The notes below the pieces were generated by a model. The model was not told the DNA's origin, did not search any database, and saw only the letters and a list, made by a program, of their open reading frames with translations. Made by a program: the position numbers and the translations under genes. A stretch of 64,000 nt of DNA from Eledone cirrhosa (lineage: Eukaryota), in contig OZ024740.1 in assembly GCA_964016885.1 (NCBI GenBank), positions 404,550,001-404,614,000 on the forward strand. The letters run 5' to 3'. Positions 57,401 to 64,000 of this stretch are shown here, in pieces. Every line of letters begins with the position of its first letter. The stretch's first letter is position 1.

Positions 57401-60400
57401 CATAATCATCACACTCTCAAAACTACTACATTACATCTAGTTTCATCATCATCATCATCATCACTTTCAAAACTACTACATTACATCTAGTTTCATCATC
57501 ATCATCACACTCTCAAAACCACTACATTACATCTAGTTTCATCATCATCATCATCACACTCTCAAAACTACTACATTACATCTAGTTTCATCATCATCAT
57601 CACACTCTCAAAACTACTACATTACATCTAGTTTCATCATCATCATCATCATCACTCTCAAAACTACTACATTACATCTAGTTTCATCATCATCATCACA
57701 CTCTCAAAACTACTACATTACATCTAGTTTCATCATCATCATCATCACACTCTCAAAACTACTACATTACATCTAGTTTCATCATCATCATCATCATCAC
57801 TCTCAAAACTACTACATTACATCTAGTTTCATCATCATCATCACACTCTCAAAACTACTACATTACATCTAGTTTCATCATCATCATCACACTCTCAAAA
57901 CTACTACATTACATCTAGTTTCATCATCATCATCATCACACTCTCAAAACTACTACATTACATCTAGTTTCATCATCATCATCATCATCACTCTCAAAAC
58001 TACTACATTACATCTAGTTTCATCATCATCATCACACTCTCAAAACTACTACATTACATCTAGTTTCATCATCATCATCATCACACTCTCAAAACTACTA
58101 CATTACATCTAGTTTCATCATCATCATCATCATCACTCTCAAAACTACTACATTACATCTAGTTTCATCATCATCATCACACTCTCAAAACTACTACATT
58201 ACATCTAGTTTCATCATCATCATCATCATCACTCTCAAAACTACTACATTACATCTAGTTTCATCATCATCATCACACTCTCAAAACTACTACATTACAT
58301 CTAGTTTCATCATCATCATCACACTCTCAAAACTACTACATTACATCTAGTTTCATCATCATCATCACACTCTCAAAACTACTACATTACATCTAGTTTC
58401 ATCATCATCATCATCATCACTCTCAAAACTACTACATTACATCTAGTTTCATCATCATCATCACACTCTCAAAACTACTACATTACATCTAGTTTCATCA
58501 TCATCATCATCATCACTCTCAAAACTACTACATTACATCTAGTTTCATCATCATCATCACACTCTCAAAACTACTACATTACATCTAGTTTCATCATCAT
58601 CATCACACTCTCAAAACTACTACATTACATCTAGTTTCATCATCATCATCACACTCTCAAAACTACTACATTACATCTAGTTTCATCATCATCATCACAC
58701 TCTCAAAACTACTACATTACATCTAGTTTCATCATCATCATCACACTCTCAAAACTACTACATTACATCTAGTTTCATCATCATCATCATCATCACTCTC
58801 AAAACTACTACATTACATCTAGTTTCATCATCATCATCATCACACTCTCAAAACTACTACATTACATCTAGTTTCATCATCATCATCATCATCACTCTCA
58901 AAACTACTACATTACATCTAGTTTCATCATCATCATCATCACACTCTCAAAACTACTACATTACATCTAGTTTCATCATCATCATCATCATCACTCTCAA
59001 AACTACTACATTACATCTAGTTTCATCATCATCATCATCACACTCTCAAAACTACTACATTACATCTAGTTTCATCATCATCATCACACTCTCAAAACTA
59101 CTACATTACATCTAGTTTCATCATCATCATCACACTCTCTAAACCACTACATTACATCTAGTTTCATCATCATCACACTCTCTAAACCACTACATTACAT
59201 CTAGTTTCATCATCATCATCATTACACCCTCAAAACTACTACACTACATCTAGTTTCATCATCATCATCATCATCACTCTCTCAAAACTACTACATTACA
59301 TCTAGTTTCATCATCATCATCACACTCTCAAAACTACTACATTACATCTAGTTTCATCATCATCACACTCTCAAAACTACTACATTACATCTAGTTTCAT
59401 CATCATCATCACACTCTCAAAACTACTACATTACATCTAGTTTCATCATCATCATCACACTCTCAAAACTACTCCATTACATCTAGTTTCATCATCATCA
59501 TCACACTATCAAAACTACTACACTACATCTAGTTTCATCATCATCATCATCATCACTCTCTCAAAACTACTACACTACATCTAGTTTCATCATCATCATC
59601 ACACTCTCAAAACTACTCCATTACATCTAGTTTCATCATCATCATCATTACACCCTCAAAACTACTACACTACATCTAGTTTCATCATCATCATCATCAT
59701 CACTCTCAAAACTACTACATTACATCTAGTTTCATCATCATCATCACACCCTCAAAACTACTACATTACATCTAGTTTCATCATCATCATCACACTCTCA
59801 AAACTACTACATTACATCTAGTTTCATCATCATCATCACACTCTCAAAACTACTACATTACATCTAGTTTCATCATCATCATCACACTCTCAAAACTACT
59901 ACATTACATCTAGTTTCATCATCACACTCTCAAAACCACTACATTACATCTAGTTTCATCATCATCATCACACTCTCAAAACTACTACATTACATCTAGT
60001 TTCATCATCATCATCACTCTCAAAACTACTACATTACATCTAGTTTCATCATCATCATCACACCCTCAAAACTACTACATTACATCTAGTTTCATCATCA
60101 TCATCACACTCTCAAAACTACTACATTACATCTAGTTTCATCATCATCATCACACTCTCAAAACTACTACATTACATCTAGTTTCATCATCATCATCACA
60201 CTCTCAAAACTACTACATTACATCTAGTTTCATCATCATCATCACTCTCAAAACTACTACATTACATCTAGTTTCATCATCATCATCACACTCTCAAAAC
60301 CACTACATTACATCTAGTTTCATCATCATCATCACACTCTCAAAACTACTACATTACATCTAGTTTCATCATCATCATCACTCTCAAAACTACTACATTA

Positions 60401-63400
60401 CATCTAGTTTCATCATCATCATCACACCCTCAAAACTACTACATTACATCTAGTTTCATCATCATCATCACACTCTCAAAACTACTACATTACATCTAGT
60501 TTCATCATCACACTCTCAAAACCACTACATTACATCTAGTTTCATCATCATCATCACACTCTCAAAACTACTACATTACATCTAGTTTCATCATCATCAT
60601 CACACTCTCAAAACTACTACATTACATCTAGTTTCATCATCATCATCACACTATCAAAACTACTACATTACATCTAGTTTCATCATCACACTCTCAAAAC
60701 CACTACATTACATCTAGTTTCATCATCATCATCACACTCTCAAAACTACTACATTACATCTAGTTTCATCATCACACTCTCAAAACCACTACATTACATC
60801 TAGTTTCATCATCATCATCACACTCTCAAAACTACTACATTACATCTAGTTTCATCATCATCATCACACTCTCAAAACTACTACATTACATCTAGTTTCA
60901 TCATCATCATCACACTATCAAAACTACTACATTACATCTAGTTTCATCATCACACTCTCAAAACCACTACATTACATCTAGTTTCATCATCATCATCACA
61001 CTCTCAAAACTACTACACTACATCTAGTTTCATCATCATCATCATCATCATCACTCTCTCAAAACTACTTCATTACATCTAGTTTCATCATCACTCTCAA
61101 AACTACTACATTACATCTAGTTTCATCATCATCATCACACCCTCAAAACTACTACATTACATCTAGTTTCATCATCATCATCACACCCTCAAAACTACTA
61201 CATTACATCTAGTTTCATCATCATCACACCCTCAAAACTACTACATTACATCTAGTTTCATCATCATCATCACACTCTCAAAACCACTACATTACATCTA
61301 GTTTCATCATCATCATCACACTCTCAAAACTACTACATTACATCTAGTTTCATCATCATCATCACACTCCCCAAAACTACTACATTACATCTAGTTTCAT
61401 CATCATCATCACACTCTCAAAACTACTACATTACATCTAGTTTCATCATCATCATCACACTCTCAAAACTACTACATTACATCTAGTTTCATCATCACAC
61501 TCTCAAAACCACTACATTACATCTAGTTTCATCATCATCATCACACTCTCAAAACTACTACATTACATCTAGTTTCATCATCACACTCTCAAAACCACTA
61601 CATTACATCTAGTTTCATCATCATCATCACACTCTCAAAACTACTACATTACATCTAGTTTCATCATCATCACACTCTCAAAACTACTACATTACATCCA
61701 GTTTCATCATCATCATCATCATCATCATCACTGTCAAAACTACTACATTACATCTAGTTTCATCATCATCATCACTCTCTGAAAACTACTACATTACATC
61801 TAGTTTCATCATCATCACTCTCTGAAAACTACTACATTACATCTAGTTTCATCATCATCATCACACTCTCAAATCTACATTACATCTAGTTTCATCATCA
61901 TCATCACACTCTGAAAACTACTACATTACATCTAGTTTCATCATCATCATCACACTCTCAAAACTACTACATTACATCTAGTTTCATCATCATCATCACA
62001 CTCTCAAAACCACTACATTACATCTAGTTTCATCATCATCATCACACTCTCAAAACTACTCCATTACATCTAGTTTCATCATCATCATCACACTCTCAAA
62101 ACCACTACATTACATCTAGTTTCATCATCATCATCACTCTCTGAAAACTACTACATTACATCTAGTTTCATCATCATCATCACACTATCAAAACTACTAC
62201 ATTACATCTAGTTTCATCATCATCATCACTCTCTGAAAACTACTACATTACATCTAGTTTCATCATCATCATCACTCTCTGAAAACTACTACATTACATC
62301 TAGTTTCATCATCATCATCACACTCTCAAAACCACTACATTACATCTAGTTTCATCATCATCATCACTCTCTGAAAACTACTACATTACATCTAGTTTCA
62401 TCATCATCATCACACTCTCAAAACCACTACATTACATCTAGTTTCATCATCATCATCACTCTCTGAAAACTACTACATTACATCTAGTTTCATCATCATC
62501 ATCACACTCTCAAAACCACTACATTACATCTAGTTTCATCATCATCATCACACTCTGAAAACTACTACATTACATCTAGTTTCATCATCATCATCACACT
62601 CTCAAAACTACTACATTACATCTAGTTTCATCATCATCATCACACTCTCAAAACCACTACATTACATCTAGTTTCATCATCATCATCACACTCTCAAAAC
62701 CACTACATTACATCTAGTTTCATCATCATCATCACACTCTCAAAACCACTACATTACATCTAGTTTCATCATCATCATCACACTCTGAAAACTACTACAT
62801 TACATCTAGTTTCATCATCATCATCACACTCTCAAAACTACTACATTACATCTAGTTTCATCATCATCATCACACTCTCAAAACCACTACATTACATCTA
62901 GTTTCATCATCATCATCACACTCTGAAAACTACTACATTACATCTAGTTTCATCATCATCATCACACTCTCAAAACCACTACATTACATCTAGTTTCATC
63001 ATCATCATCACACTCTCAAAACTACTACATTACATCTAGTTTCATCATCATCATCATCACACTATCAAAACTACTACATTACATCTAGTTTCATCATCAT
63101 CATCACACTCTCAAAACTACTCCATTACATCTAGTTTCATCATCATCATCACACTCTCAAAACCACTACATTACATCTAGTTTCATCATCATCATCACTC
63201 TCTGAAAACTACTACATTACATCTAGTTTCATCATCATCATCACACTCTCAAAACCACTACATTACATCTAGTTTCATCATCATCATCACACTCTCAAAA
63301 CTACTACATTACATCTAGTTTCATCATCATCATCACACTCTCAAAACCACTACATTACATCTAGTTTCATCATCATCATCACACTCTCAAAACCACTACA

Positions 63401-64000
63401 TTACATCTAGTTTCATCATCATCATCACACTCTGAAAACTACTACATTACATCTAGTTTCATCATCATCATCACACTCTCAAAACCACTACATTACATCT
63501 AGTTTCATCATCATCATCACACTCTCAAAACTACTACATTACATCTAGTTTCATCATCATCATCACACTCTCAAAACCACTACATTACATCTAGTTTCAT
63601 CATCATCATCACACTCTCAAAACCACTACATTACATCTAGTTTCATCATCATCATCACACTCTGAAAACTACTACATTACATCTAGTTTCATCATCATCA
63701 TCACACTCTCAAAACCACTACATTACATCTAGTTTCATCATCATCATCACACTCTCAAACTACTACATTACATCTAGTTTCATCATCATCATCACACTCT
63801 GAAAACTACTACATTACATCTAGTTTCATCATCATCATCACACTCTCAAAACTACTACATTACATCTAGTTTCATCATCATCATCACACTCTCAAAACTA
63901 CTACATTACATCTAGTTTCATCATCATCATCACACTCTCAAAACTACTACATTACATCTAGTTTCATCATCATCATCACACTCTCAAAACTACTACATTA
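27459..64000. repeat. Satellite array, 46-bp modal monomer CACTCTCAAAACTACTACATTACATCTAGTTT(CAT)4CA, roughly 790 copies, running past the window end
   Basis: Directly visible; monomer length varies mostly in 3-bp steps through the (CAT)n count; copy number estimated as length/46. Confidence 0.99.
27764..27903 (-). mobile_element. 140-bp RTE LINE 3' end inserted in a satellite (CAT)n tract
   Basis: Reverse complement closely matches ~21992-22135 of the full-length LINE. Confidence 0.95.

Noticed and set aside
27459-64000. CRISPR-like or information-storing repeat-spacer array
   Set aside because: There are no unique spacers; the variable part is only the (CAT)n count and point variants. No cas genes, and the context is eukaryotic.
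27459-64000. Telomeric repeat tract
   Set aside because: The G/T-rich strand points toward the unique sequence rather than toward the window end, no TTAGGG is present, and kb-scale block duplications indicate recombinational growth.

Overview
Eukaryotic, AT-rich animal DNA; the repeat families resemble those of octopus/cephalopod genomes (inferred, not verified). The left 27 kb holds the 3' part of a spliced DEAD-box helicase gene DDX52/ROK1 (+ strand, 11 phase-consistent exons, 528-16997). It also contains a probably full-length (GAT)n-tailed RTE-clade LINE (~17.8-22.1 kb) with a C4HC3 PHD-like finger inside its RT region, inserted into a Tc1/mariner relic. Further repeats include a 5'-truncated sister LINE, CR1 and Vingi/Ingi-like fragments, tRNA-derived SINEs, TTAA MITEs and a Helitron. 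The 3' exons of an unidentified convergent (- strand) gene lie at ~25-27.3 kb. From ~27459 to the window end is a >36.5 kb satellite of a 46-bp monomer, CACTCTCAAAACTACTACATTACATCTAGTTT(CAT)nCA. The array has higher-order structure and one RTE 3' fragment inserted in a (CAT)n tract, and it apparently lies inside an intron of the - strand gene. No prokaryotic systems or CRISPR arrays are present.
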